Source of the DNA: Eledone cirrhosa
Lineage: Eukaryota
DNA length: 64,000 bases
Assembly: GCA_964016885.1 (NCBI GenBank)
Contig: OZ024744.1
Location: 4,836,001 to 4,900,000, forward strand
Direction: 5' to 3'
Part shown: one piece after another, positions 11,460-23,726 of the stretch
Layout: the number at the start of each line of letters is the position of its first letter
Position numbering within the stretch: position 1 is the first letter of the stretch
The notes under the pieces: generated by a model
The model's input: only the letters and a program-made list of their open reading frames with translations
What the model was told of the DNA's origin: nothing
Databases searched by the model: none
Program-made: the position numbers and the translations under genes

Positions 11460-14400
11460 AGACAGTGGTGTTGGTAGCAGAGGTCTATGTTGGTAGACAG
11501 TGAGGTTGGTAGCAGAGGTCTATCTTGGTAGACAGTGGTGTTGGTAGCAGAGATCTATGTTGGTAGACAGTGGTGTTGGTAGCAGAGGTCTATCTTAGTA
11601 GACAGTGGTGTTGGTAGCAGAGGTCTATCTTGGTAGACAGTGAAGTTGGTAGCAGAGGTCTATCTTGGTAGACAGTGAGGTTGGTAGCAGAGGTCTATCT
11701 TGGTAGACAGTGGTGTTGGTAGCAGAGGTCTATCTTGGTAGACAGTGAGGTTGGTAACAGATATCTATCTTGGTAGACATTGGTGTTCGTAGCAGAGGTC
11801 TATGTTGGTAGACAGTGGTGTTGGTAGCAAAGGTCTATCTTGGTAGTCAGTGGTGTTGGTAGCAGAGGTCTATCTTGGTAGACAGTGGTGTTGGTAGCAG
11901 AGGTCTATCTTGGTAGACAGTGGTGTTGGTAGCAGAGGTCTATGTTGGTAGACAGTGAGGTTGCTAGCAGAGGTCTATCTTGGTAGACAGTGGTGTTGGT
12001 AGCAGAGGTCTATCTTGGTAGACAGTGGTGTTGGTAGAAGAGGTCTATGTTGGTAGACAGTGAGGTTGGTAGCAGAGGTCTATCTTGGCAGACAGTGAGG
12101 TTGGTAGCAGAGGTCTATCTTGGTAGACAGTGGTGTTGGTAGCAGAGGTCTATCTTGGTAGACAGTGAGGTTGGTAGCAGATGTCTATCTTGGTAGGCAG
12201 TGGTGTTGGTAGCAGAGATCTATCTTGGTAGACAGTGAGGTTGGTAGCAGAGGTCTATCTTGGTAGACAGTGGTGTTGGTAGCAGAGGTCTATCTTGGTA
12301 GACAGTGGTGTTGGTAGCAGAGGTCTATGTTGGTAGACAGTGGTGTTGATAGCAGAGGTTAATCTTGGTAGACAGTGGTGTTGGTAGCAGAGGTCTATCT
12401 TGGTAGACAGTGGTGTTGGTAGCAGAGGTCTATCTTGGTAGACAGTGGTGTTGGTAGCAGAGGTCTATGTTGGTAGACAGTGGTGTTTGTAGCAGAGGAC
12501 TATGTTGGTAGACAGTGGTGTTGGTAGCAGAGGTCTATCTTGGTAGACATTGAGGTTGGTAGCAGAGGTCTATCTTGGTAGACAGTGGTGTTGGTAGCAG
12601 AGATCTATGTTGGTAGACAGTGGTGTTGGTAGCAGAGGTCTATCTTAGTAGACAGTGGTGTTGGTAGCAGAGGTCTATCTTGGTAGACAGTGGTGTTGGT
12701 AACAGAGGTCTATCTTGGTAGACAGTGGTGTTGGTAGCAGAGGTCTATCTTGGTAGACAGTGGTGTTGGTAGCAGAGGTCTATGTTGGTAGACAGTGAGG
12801 TTGGTAGCAGAGTTCTATGCTGGTAGACAGCGGTGTTGGTAGCAGAGGTCTATCTTGGTAGACAGTGGTGTTGGTAGAAGAGGTCTATGTTGGTAGACAG
12901 TGAGGTTGGTAGCAGAGGTCTATCTTGGTAGACAGTGAGGTTGGCAGCAGAGGTCTATCTTGGTAGACAGTGGTGTTGGTAGCAGAGGTCTATCTTGGTA
13001 GACAGTGGTGTTGGTAGCCGAGGTCTATCTTGGTAGACAATCAGGGTGGTAGCAGAGGTCTATGTTGGTAGACAGTGGTGTTGGTAGCAGAGGTCTATGT
13101 TGGTAGACAGTGGTGTTGGTAGCAGAGGCCTATCTTGGTAGACAGTGGTTTTGGTAGCAGAGGTCTATATTGGTAGACAGTGGTGTTGGTAGTAGAGGTC
13201 TATCTTGGTAGACAGTGGTGTTGGTAGCAGATGTCTATCTTGGTAGACAGTGGTGTTGGTAGCAGAGGTCTATCTTGGTAGACAGTGGTGTTGGTAGCAG
13301 AGGTCTATCTTGGTAGACAGTGTTGTTGGTAGCAGAGGTCTATCTTGGTAGACAGTGTTGTTGGTAGCAGAGGTCTATCTTGGTAGACAGTGGTGTTGGT
13401 AGCAGACATCTATCTTGGTAGACAGTGGTGTTGGTAGCAGATGTCAAACTTGGTAGACAGTGGTGTTGGTAGCAGAGGTCTATCTTGGTAGACAGTGGTG
13501 TTGGTAGCAGAGGTCTATCTTGGTAGACAGTGGTGTTGGTAGCAGAGGTCTATCTTGGTAGACAGTGGTGTTGGTAGCAGAGGTCTATCTTGGTAGACAG
13601 TGGTGTTGGAAGCAGAGGTCTATCTTGGTAGACAGTGGTGTTGGTAGCAGAGGTATATCTTGGTAGACAGTGGTGTTGGTAGCAGAGGTCTATGTTGGTA
13701 GACAGTGAGGTTGGTAGCAGAGGTCTATCTTGGTAGACAGTGGTGTTGGTAGCAGAGATCTATGTTGGTAGACAGTGGTGTTGGTAGCAGAGGTCTATCT
13801 TAGTAGACAGTGGTGTTGGTAGCAGAGGTCTATCTTGGTAGACAGTGAAGTTGGTAGCAGAGGTCTATCTTGGTAGACAGTGAGGTTGGTAGCAGAGGTC
13901 TATCTTGGTAGACAGTGGTGTTGGTAGCAGAGGTCTATCTTGGTAGACAGTGAGGTTGGTAACAGATATCTATCTTGGTAGACATTGGTGTTCGTAGCAG
14001 AGGTCTATGTTGGTAGACAGTGGTGTTGGTAGCAAAGGTCTATCTTGGTAGTCAGTGGTGTTGGTAGCAGAGGTCTATCTTGGTAGACAGTGGTGTTGGT
14101 AGCAGAGGTCTATCTTGGTAGACAGTGGTGTTGGTAGCAGAGGTCTATGTTGGTAGACAGTGAGGTTGCTAGCAGAGGTCTATCTTGGTAGACAGTGGTG
14201 TTGGTAGCAGAGGTCTATCTTGGTAGACAGTGGTGTTGGTAGAAGAGGTCTATGTTGGTAGACAGTGAGGTTGGTAGCAGAGGTCTATCTTGGCAGACAG
14301 TGAGGTTGGTAGCAGAGGTCTATCTTGGTAGACAGTGGTGTTGGTAGCAGAGGTCTATCTTGGTAGACAGTGAGGTTGGTAGCAGATGTCTATCTTGGTA

Positions 14401-15860
14401 GACAGTGGTGTTGGTAGCAGAGATCTATCTTGGTAGACAGTGAGGTTGGTAGCAGAGGTCTATCTTGGTAGACAGTGGTGTTGGTAGCAGAGGTCTATCT
14501 TGGTAGACAGTGGTGTTGGTAGCAGAGGTCTATGTTGGTAGACAGTGGTGTTGATAGCAGAGGTTAATCTTGGTAGACAGTGGTGTTGGTAGCAGAGGTC
14601 TATCTTGGTAGACAGTGGTGTTGGTAGCAGAGGTCTATCTTGGTAGACAGTGGTGTTGGTAGCAGAGGTCTATGTTGGTAGACAGTGGTGTTTGTAGCAG
14701 AGGACTATGTTGGTAGACAGTGGTGTTGGTAGCAGAGGTCTATCTTGGTAGACATTGAGGTTGGTAGCAGAGGTCTATCTTGGTAGACAGTGGTGTTGGT
14801 AGCAGAGATCTATGTTGGTAGACAGTGGTGTTGGTAGCAGAGGTCTATCTTAGTAGACAGTGGTGTTGGTAGCAGAGGTCTATCTTGGTAGACAGTGGTG
14901 TTGGTAGCAGAGGTCTATCTTGGTAGACAGTGGTGTTGGTAGCAGAGGTCTATCTTGGTAGACAGTGGTGTTGGTAGCAGAGGTCTATGTTGGTAGACAG
15001 TGAGGTTGGTAGCAGAGTTCTATGCTGGTAGACAGCGGTGTTGGTAGCAGAGGTCTATCTTGGTAGACAGTGGTGTTGGTAGAAGAGGTCTATGTTGGTA
15101 GACAGTGAGGTTGGTAGCAGAGGTCTATCTTGGTAGACAGTGAGGTTGGCAGCAGAGGTCTATCTTGGTAGACAGTGGTGTTGGTAGCAGAGGTCTATCT
15201 TGGTAGACAGTGGTGTTGGTAGCCGAGGTCTATCTTGGTAGACAATCAGGGTGGTAGCAGAGGTCTATGTTGGTAGACAGTGGTGTTGGTAGCAGAGGTC
15301 TATGTTGGTAGACAGTGGTGTTGGTAGCAGAGGCCTATCTTGGTAGACAGTGGTTTTGGTAGCAGAGGTCTATATTGGTAGACAGTGGTGTTGGTAGTAG
15401 AGGTCTATCTTGGTAGACAGTGGTGTTGGTAGCAGATGTCTATCTTGGTAGACAGTGGTGTTGGTAGCAGAGGTCTATCTTGGTAGACAGTGGTGTTGGT
15501 AGCAAAGGTATATCTTGGTAGACAGTGGTGTTGGTAGCAGAGGTCTATCTTGGTAGACAGTGTTGTTGGTAGCAGAGGTCTATCTTGGTAGACAGTGGTG
15601 TTGGTAGCAGACATCTATCTTGGTAGACAGTGGTGTTGGTAGCAGATGTCTATCTTGGTAGACAGTGGTGTTGGTAGCAGAGGTCTATCTTGGTAGACAG
15701 TGGTGTTGGTAGCAGAGGTCTATCTTGGTAGACAGTGGTGTTGGTAGCAGAGGTCTATCTTGGTAGACAGTGGTGTTGGTAGCAGAGGTCTATCTTGGTA
15801 GACAGTGGTGTTGGAAGCAGAGGTCTATCTTGGTAGACAGTGGTGTTGGTAGCAGAGGTC
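11460..15860 (+). repeat. 2205-bp (63-monomer) tandem duplication, slightly diverged (also in block B at ~33570-37970)
   Basis: AACAGATATC 11756/13961; TCAGGGTGG 13041/15246; TTGGAAGC variant 13610/15815. Several substitutions distinguish the copies. Confidence 0.9.
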
Positions 15861-16539
15861 TATCTTGGTTGACAGTGGTATTGGTAGCAGAGGTCTATCT
15901 TCGTAGACAGTGGTGTTGGTAACACAGGTCTATCTTGGTAGACAGTGGTGTTGGTAGCAGAGGTATATCTTGGTAGACAGTGGTGTTGGTAGCAGAATCT
16001 ATCTTGGTAGACAGTGGTGTTGGTCGCAGAGGTCTATCTTGGTAGACAGTGAGGTTGGTAGCAGAGGTCTATCTTGGTAGACAGTGGTGTTGGTAGCAGA
16101 GGTCTATCTTGGTAGACAGTGATGTTGGTAGAAGAGGTCTATGTTGGTAGAAAGTGAGGTTGGTAGCAGAGGTCTATCTTGGTAGACAGTGGTGTTGGTA
16201 GCAGAGGTTTATATTGGTAGACAGTGGTGTTGGTAGCAGAGGTCTATCTTGGTAGACATTGAGGTTGGTAGCAGAGGTCTATGTTGGTAGACAGTGGTGT
16301 TGGTAGCAGAGGTCTATGTTGGTAGACAGTGGTGTTGGTAGCAGAGGTCTATCTTGGTAGACAGTGGTGTTGGTAGCAGAGGTCTATCTTGGTAGACAGT
16401 GGTGTTGGTAGCAGAGATCTATCTTGGTAGACAGTAGTGTTGGTAGCAGAGGTCTATGTTGGTAGACAGTGGTGTTTGTAGCAGAGGTCTATGTTGGTAG
16501 ACAGTGGTGTTGGAAGCAGAGGTCTATCTTAGTAGACAG

Positions 16540-18280
16540 TGGTGTTGGTACAGAGGTCTATGTTGGTAGACAGTGAGGTTGGTAGCAGAGGTCTATATTG
16601 GTAGACAGTGAGGTTGGTAGCAGAGGTCTATCTTGGTAGACAGTGAGGTTGGTAGCAGAGCTCTATCTTGGTAGACAGTGGTGTTGGTAGCAGAGGTCTA
16701 TCTTGGTAGACAGTGGTGTTGGTAGCAGAGGTTTATCTTGGTAGACAGTGGTGTTGGTAGCAGAGGTCTATGTTGGTAGACAGTGGTGTTGGTAGCAGAG
16801 GTATATCTTGGTAGGCAGGGGTGTTGGTAGCAGAGCTCTATCTTGGTAGACAGTGGTGTTGGTAGCAGAGGTCGTTCTTGGTAGACAGTGGTGTTGCTAG
16901 CAGAGGTCTATGTTGGTAGAAAGTGAGGTTGGTAGCTGAGGTCTATGTTGGTAGACAGTGGTGTTGGTAGCAGAAGTCTATCTTGGTAGACAGTGAGGTT
17001 GGTAGCAGAGGTCTATCTTGGTAGACAGTGGAGTTGGTAGCAGAGGTCTATCTTGGTAGACAGTGGTGTTGGTAGCAGAGGTCTATCTTGGTAGACAGTG
17101 GTGTTGGTAGCAGAAGTCTATCTTGGTAGACAGTGGTGTTGGTAGCAGAGGTCTATCTTGGTAGACAGTGGTGTTGCTAGCAGAGGTCTATCTTGGTAGA
17201 CAGTGGTGTTGGTAACAAAGGTCTATGTTGGTAGACAGTGAGGTTGGTAGCAGAGGTCTATCTTGGTAGACAGTGAGGGTGGTTGCAGAGGTCTATCTTG
17301 GTAGACAGTGGTGTTGGTAGCAGAGGTCTATCTTGGTAGACAGTGAGGTTGGTATCAGAGGTCTATCTTGGTAGACAGTGAGGTTGGTAGCAGAGGTCTA
17401 TGTTGGTAGACAGTGGTGTTGGTAGCATAGGTCTATCTTGGTAGACAGTGGTGTTGGTAGCAGAGGTCTATGTTGGTAGACAGTGGTGTTGGTAGTAGAG
17501 GTCTATCTTGGTAGACAGTGGTGTTGGTACAGAGGTCTATGTTGGTAGACAGTGAGGTTGGTAGCAGAGGTCTATATTGGTAGACAGTGAGGTTGGTAGC
17601 AGAGGTCTATCTTGGTAGACAGTGAGGTTGGTAGCAGAGCTCTATCTTGGTAGACAGTGGTGTTGGTAGCAGAGGTCTATCTTGGTAGACAGTGGTGTTG
17701 GTAGCAGAGGTTTATCTTGGTAGACAGTGGTGTTGGTAGCAGAGGTCTATGTTGGTAGACAGTGGTGTTGGTAGCAGAGGTATATCTTGGTAGGCAGTGG
17801 TGTTGGTAGCAGAGCTCTATCTTGGTAGACAGTGGTGTTGGTAGCAGAGGTCTATCTTGGTAGACAGTGGTGTTGGTAGCAGAAGTCTATCTTGGCAGAC
17901 AGTGGTGTTGGTAGCAGAGGTCTATCTTGGTAGACAGTGGTGTTGCTAGCAGAGGTCTATCTTGGTAGACAGTGGTGTTGGTAGCAAAGGTCTATGTTGG
18001 TAGACAGTGAGGTTGGTAGCAGCGGTCTATCTTGGTAGACAGTGAGGGTGGTTGCAGAGGTCTATCTTGGTAGACAGTGGTGTTGGTAGCAGAGGTCTAT
18101 CTTGGTAGACAGTGAGGTTGGTATCAGAGGTCTATCTTGGTAGACAGTGAGGTTGGTAGCAGAGGTCTATGTTGGTAGACAGTGGTGTTGGTAGCATAGG
18201 TCTATCTTGGTAGACAGTGGTGTTGGTAGCAGAGGTCTATGTTGGTAGACAGTGGTGTTGGTAGTAGAGGTCTATCTTGG
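16540..18280 (+). repeat. ~979-bp (28-monomer) duplication whose second copy is 6 monomers shorter
   Basis: The 34-bp GGTACAGAGG monomer occurs at 16551 and 17530 (offset 979). CAGTGAGGGTGGTTGC occurs at 17271 and 18040 (offset 769 = 979-210). Confidence 0.75.
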
Positions 18281-20529
18281 TAGACAGTGGTGTTGGTAGC
18301 AGATGTCTATCTTGGTAGACAGTGGTGTTGGTAGCAGAGGTCTATCTTGGTAGACAGTGGTGTTGGTAGCAGATATCTATCTTGGTAGACAGTGGTGTTG
18401 GTAGCAGAGGTCTATGTTGGTAGACAGTGGTGTTGGTAGCAGAGGTCTATCTTGGTAGTCAGTGGTGTTGGTAGCAGAGGTCTATCTTGGTAGACAGTGG
18501 TGTTGGTAGCAGAGGTCTATGTTGGTAGACAGTGAGGTTGGTAGCAAAGGTCTATCTAGGTAGACAGTGGTGTTGGTAGCAGAGGTCTATGTTGGTAGAC
18601 AGTGGTGTTGGTAGCAGAGGTCTATCTTGGTAGATAGTGAGGTTGGTAGTAGAGGTCTATGTTGGTAGACATTGGTGTTGGTAGCAGAGTTCTATCTTGG
18701 TAGACAGTGGTGTTGGTAGCAGAGGTCTATGTTGGTAAACAGTGGTGTTGGTAATAGAGGTCTATCTTGGTAGACAGTGGTGTTGGTAGCAGATGTCTAT
18801 CTTGGTAGACAGTGGTGTTGGTAGCAGAGGTCTATCTTGGTAGACAGTGGTGTTGGTAGGAGAGGTCTATCTTGGTAGACAGTGGTGTTGGTAGCAGAGG
18901 TCTATCTTGGTAGAAAGTGGTGTTGGTAGGAGAGGTCTATCTTGGTAGACAGTGGTGTTGGTAGCAGAGGTCTATCTTGGTAGACAGTGGTGTTGGTAGC
19001 AGAGGTCTATATTGGTAGACAGTGGTGTTGGTAGCAGATGTCTATCTTGGTAGACAGTGGTGTTGGTAGCAGAGGTCTATCTTGGTAGACAGTGGTGGTG
19101 GTAGCAGAGGTCTATCTTGTTAGACAGTGTTGTTGGTAGCAGAGGTCTATCTTAGTAGACAGTGGTGTTGGTAGCAGAGGTCTATCCTGGTAGACAGTGG
19201 TGTTGGTAGCAGAGGTCTATCTTGGTAGACAGTAGTGTTGGTAGCAGAGGTCTATCTTGGTAGACAGTGGTGTTGGTAGCTGAGGTCTAACTTGGTAGAC
19301 AGTGGTGTTGGTAGCAGAGGTCTATCTTAGTAGACAGTGGTTTGGTAGCAGAGGTCTACCTTGGTAGACAGTGGTGTCGGTAGCAGAGCTCTATCCTGGT
19401 AGACAGTGGTGTTGGTAGCAGAGGTCTATCTTGGTAGACAGTGAGGTTGGTAGCAGAGGTCTATGTTGGTAGACAGTGGTGTCGGTAGCAGAGCTCTATC
19501 TTGGTAGACAGTGGTGTTGGTAGCAGAAGTGTATCATGGTAGACAGTTAGGTTGGGAGCAGAGGTCTATGTTGGTAGACAGTGGTGTTGGTAGCAGAGGT
19601 CTATCTTGGTAGACAGTGGTGTTGGTAGCAGAGGTTTATCTTGGTAGACAGTGGTGTTGGTAGCAGAGGTCTATGTTGGTAGACAGTGGTGTTGGTAGCA
19701 GAGGTATATCTTGGTAGGCAGTGGTGTTGGTAGCAGAGCTCTATCTTGGTAGACAGTGGTGTTGGTAGCAGAGGTCTATGTTGGTAGAAAGTGAGGTTGG
19801 TAGCAGAGGTCTATCTTGGTAGACAGTGAGGGTGGTAGCAGAGGTCTATCTTGGTAGACAGAGGTGTTGGTAGCAGATGTCTATCTTGGTAGACAGTGAG
19901 GTTGGTATCAGAGGTCTATCTTGGTAGACAGTGAGGTTGGTAGCAGAGGTCTATGTTGGTAGACAGTGGTGTTGGTAGCATAGGTCTATCTTGGTAGACA
20001 GTGGTGTTGGTAGCAGAGGTCTATGTTGGTAGACAGTGGTGTTGGTAGTAGAGGTCTATCTTGGTAGACAGTGGTGTTGGTAGCAGATGTCTATCTTGGT
20101 AGACAGTGGTGTTGGTAGCAGAGGTCTATCTTGGTAGACAGTGGTGTTGGTAGCAAATATCTATCTTGGTAGACAGTGTTGTTGGTAGCAGAGGTCTATG
20201 TTGGTAGACAGTGGTGTTGGTAGTAGAGGTCTATCTTGGTAGACAGTGGTGTTGGTAGGAGATGTCTATCTTGGTAGACAGTGGTGTTGGTAGCAGAGGT
20301 CTATCTTGGTAGACAGTGGTGTTGGTAGCAGAGGTTAATCTTGGTAGACAGTGGTGTTGGTAGCAGAGGTCTATCTTGGTAGACAGTGGTGTTGGTAGCA
20401 GAGGTCTATCTTGCTAGACAGTGGTGTTGGTAGCAGAGGTCTATCTTGGTAGACAGTGGTGTTGGTAGCAGAGGTCTATGTTGGTAGAAAGTGAGGTTGG
20501 TAGCAGAGGTCTATGTTGGTAGACAGTGG

Positions 20530-22397
20530 TGTTGGTAGCAGAGGTCTATCTTGGTAGACAGTGGTGTTGGTAGAAGAGGTCTATGTTGGTAGACAGTGAG
20601 GTTGGTAGCAGAGGTCTATCTTGGCAGACAGTGAGGTTGGTAGCAGAGGTCTATCTTGGTAGACAGTGGTGTTGGTAGCAGAGGTCTATCTTGGTAGACA
20701 GTGTGGTTGGTAGCAGATGTCTATCTTGGTAGACAGTGGTGTTGGTAGCAGAGATCTATCTTGGTAGACAGTGAGGTTGGTAGCAGAGGTCTATCTTGGT
20801 AGACAGTGGTGTTGGTAGCAGAGGTCTATCTTGGTAGACAGTGGTGTTGGTAGCAGAGGTCTATGTTGGTAGACAGTGGTGTTGATAGCAGAGGTTAATC
20901 TTGGTAGACAGTGGTGTTGGTAGCAGAGGTCTATCTTGGTAGACAGTGGTGTTGGTAGCAGAGGTCTATCTTGGTAGACAGTGGTGTTGGTAGCAGAGGT
21001 CTATGTTGGTAGACAGTGGTGTTTGTAGCAGAGGACTATGTTGGTAGACAGTGGTGTTGGTAGCAGAGGTCTATCTTGGTAGACATTGAGGTTGGTAGCA
21101 GAGGTCTATCTTGGTAGACAGTGGTGTTGGTAGCAGAGATCTATGTTGGTAGACAGTGGTGTTGGTAGCAGAGGTCTATCTTAGTAGACAGTGGTGTTGG
21201 TAGCAGAGGTTTATCTTGGTAGACAGTGAAGTTGGTAGCAGAGGTCTATCTTGGTAGACAGTGAGGTTGGTAGCAGAGGTCTATCTTGGTAGACAGTGGT
21301 GTTGGTAGCAGAGGTCTATCTTGGTAGACAGTGAGGTTGGTAACAGATATCTATCTTGGTAGACATTGGTGTTCGTAGCAGAGGTCTATGTTGGTAGACA
21401 GTGGTGTTGGTAGCAAAGGTCTATCTTGGTAGTCAGTGGTGTTGGTAGCAGAGGTCTATCTTGGTAGACAGTGGTGTTGGTAGCAGAGGTCTATCTTGGT
21501 AGACAGTGGTGTTGGTAGCAGAGGTCTATGTTGGTAGACAGTGAGGTTGCTAGCAGAGGTCTATCTTGGTAGACAGTGGTGTTGGTAGCAGAGGTCTATC
21601 TTGGTAGACAGTGGTGTTGGTAGAAGAGGTCTATGTTGGTAGATAGTGAGGTTGGTAGCAGAGGTCTATCTTGGCAGACAGTGAGGTTGGTAGCAGAGGT
21701 CTATCTTGGTAGACAGTGGTGTTGGTAGCAGAGGTCTATCTTGGTAGACAGTGAGGTTGGTAGCAGATGTCTATCTTGGTAGACAGTGGTGTTGGTAGCA
21801 GAGATCTATCTTGGTAGACAGTGAGGTTGGTAGCAGAGGTCTATCTTGGTAGACAGTGGTGTTGGTAGCATAGGTCTATCTTGGTAGACAGTGGTGTTGG
21901 TAGCAGAGGTCTATGTTGGTAGACAGTGGTGTTGATAGCAGAGGTTAATCTTGGTAGACAGTGGTGTTGGTAGCAGAGGTCTATCTTGGTAGACAGTGGT
22001 GTTGGTAGCAGAGGTCTATCTTGGTAGACAGTGGTGTTGGTAGCAGAGGTCTATGTTGGTAGACAGTGGTGTTTGTAGCAGAGGACTATGTTGGTAGACA
22101 GTGGTGTTGGTAGCAGAGGTCTATCTTGGTAGACATTGAGGTTGGTAGCAGAGGTCTATCTTGGTAGACAGTGGTGTTGGTAGCAGAGATCTATGTTGGT
22201 AGACAGTGGTGTTGGTAGCAGAGGTCTATCTTAGTAGACAGTGGTGTTGGTAGCAGAGGTCTATCTTGGTAGACAGTGAAGTTGGTAGCAGAGGTCTATC
22301 TTGGTAGACAGTGAGGTTGGTAGCAGAGGTCTATCTTGGTAGACAGTGGTGTTGGTAGCAGAGGTCTATCTTGGTAGACAGTGAGGTTGGTAACAGA
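20530..22397 (+). repeat. 1050-bp (30-monomer) periodic block, ~1.8 copies (also at ~42640-44507 and ~53940-55806)
   Basis: TAGAAGAGG 20571/21621; GAGGACTATG 21031/22081; TAACAGA 21341/22391. Confidence 0.88.
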
Positions 22398-23089
22398 GGT
22401 CTATCTTGGTAGACAGTGGTGTTGTAGCAGAGGTCTATCTCGGTAGACAGTGAGGTTGGTAGCAGAGGTCTATGCTGGTAGACAGTGGTGTTGGTAGCAG
22501 AGGTCTATCTTGGTAGACAGTGGTGTTGGTAGCAGAGGTCTATCTTGGTAGACAGTGGTGTTGGTAGCAGAGGTCTATGTTTGTAGACAGTGAGGTTGCT
22601 AGCAGAGGTCTATCTTGGTAGACAGTGGTGTTGGTAGCAGAGGTCTATCTTGGTAGACAGTGAGGTTGGTATCAGAGGTCTATCTTGGTAGACAGTGGTG
22701 TTGGTAGCAGAAGTCTATGTTGGTAGACAGTGGTGTTGGTAGCAGAGGTCTATCTTGGTAGATAGTGAGGTTGGTAGTAGAGGTCTATGTTGGTAGACAT
22801 TGGTGTTGGTAGCAGGGTTCTATCTTGGTAGACAGTGGTGTTGGTAGCAGAGGTCTATGTTGGTAGACAGTGGTGTTGGTGATAGAGGTCTATCTTGGTA
22901 GACAGTGGTGTTGGTAGCAGATGTCTATCTTGGTAGACAGTGGTGTTGGTAGCAGAGGTCTAGCTTGGTAGACAGTGGTGTTGGTAGCAGAGGTCGATCT
23001 TGGTAGACAGTGGTGTTGGTAGCAGAGGTCTATCTTGGTAGACAGTGGTGTTGGTAGCAGATGTCTATCTTGGTAGACAGTGGTGTTGG

Positions 23090-23550
23090 TAGCAGAGGTC
23101 TATCTTGGTAGACAGTGGTGTTGGTAGCAGAGGTCTATGTTGGTAGACAGTGGTGTTGGTAGCAGAGGTATATCTTGGTAGGCAGTGGTGTTGGTAGCAG
23201 AGCTCTATCTTGGTAGACAGTGGTGTTGGTAGCAGAGGTCTATCTTGGTAGACAGTGGTGTTGGTAGCAGAGGTCTTTCTTGGTAGACAGTGGTGTTGGT
23301 AGCAGAGGTCGATCTTGGTAGACAGTGGTGTTGGTAGCAGAGGTCTATCTTGGTAGACAGTGGTGTTGGTAGCAGAGGTCTATGTTGGTAGACAGTGGTG
23401 TTGGTAGCAGAGGTATATCTTGGTAGGCAGTGGTGTTGGTAGCAGAGCTCTATCTTGGTAGACAGTGGTGTTGGTAGCAGAGGTCTATCTTGGTAGACAG
23501 TGGTGTTGGTAGCAGAGGTCTTTCTTGGTAGACAGTGGTGTTGGTAGCAG
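23090..23550 (+). repeat. 245-bp (7-monomer) local duplication (also at ~45200-45660; absent from the homologous position at ~56500)
   Basis: GGCAG variant at 23181/23426; CTTTC variant at 23275/23520. Confidence 0.82.
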
Positions 23551-23726
23551 AGGTCTATGTTGGTAGAAAGTGAGGTTGGTAGCAGAGGTCTATCTTGGTA
23601 GAAAGTGGTGTTGGTAGGAGAGGTCTATCTTGGTAGACAGTGGTGTTGGTAACAGAGGTCTATCTTGGTAGACAGTGATGTTGGTAGCAGAGGTCTATAT
23701 TGGTAGACAGTGGTGTTGGTAGCAGA

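Larger units (their letters stand above)
1..23726 (+). repeat. Higher-order block A (5' truncated by window): first copy of the ~22.1-kb tandem duplication, carrying an extra 2099-bp internal duplication
   Basis: Rare markers recur at offset 24209 (TAGCATAGATCCATC at 421 and 24630) before the internal duplication and at offset 22110 after it (ORF 15405/37515; CTCGG 22441/44551). 24209+11 deletions = 692 x 35 and 22110+10 = 632 x 35. Confidence 0.93.

Noticed and set aside
15405-15614. 69-aa minus-strand ORF (identical copies at 37515-37724 and 48814-49023)
   Set aside because: It is the translation of six monomers. The minus-strand consensus has one TAG per monomer, in frame every 105 bp. 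A C>A variant at 15510 removes one stop and a GACAT variant supplies the ATG. The three copies only mark the block duplications, and there is no other sign of a gene.
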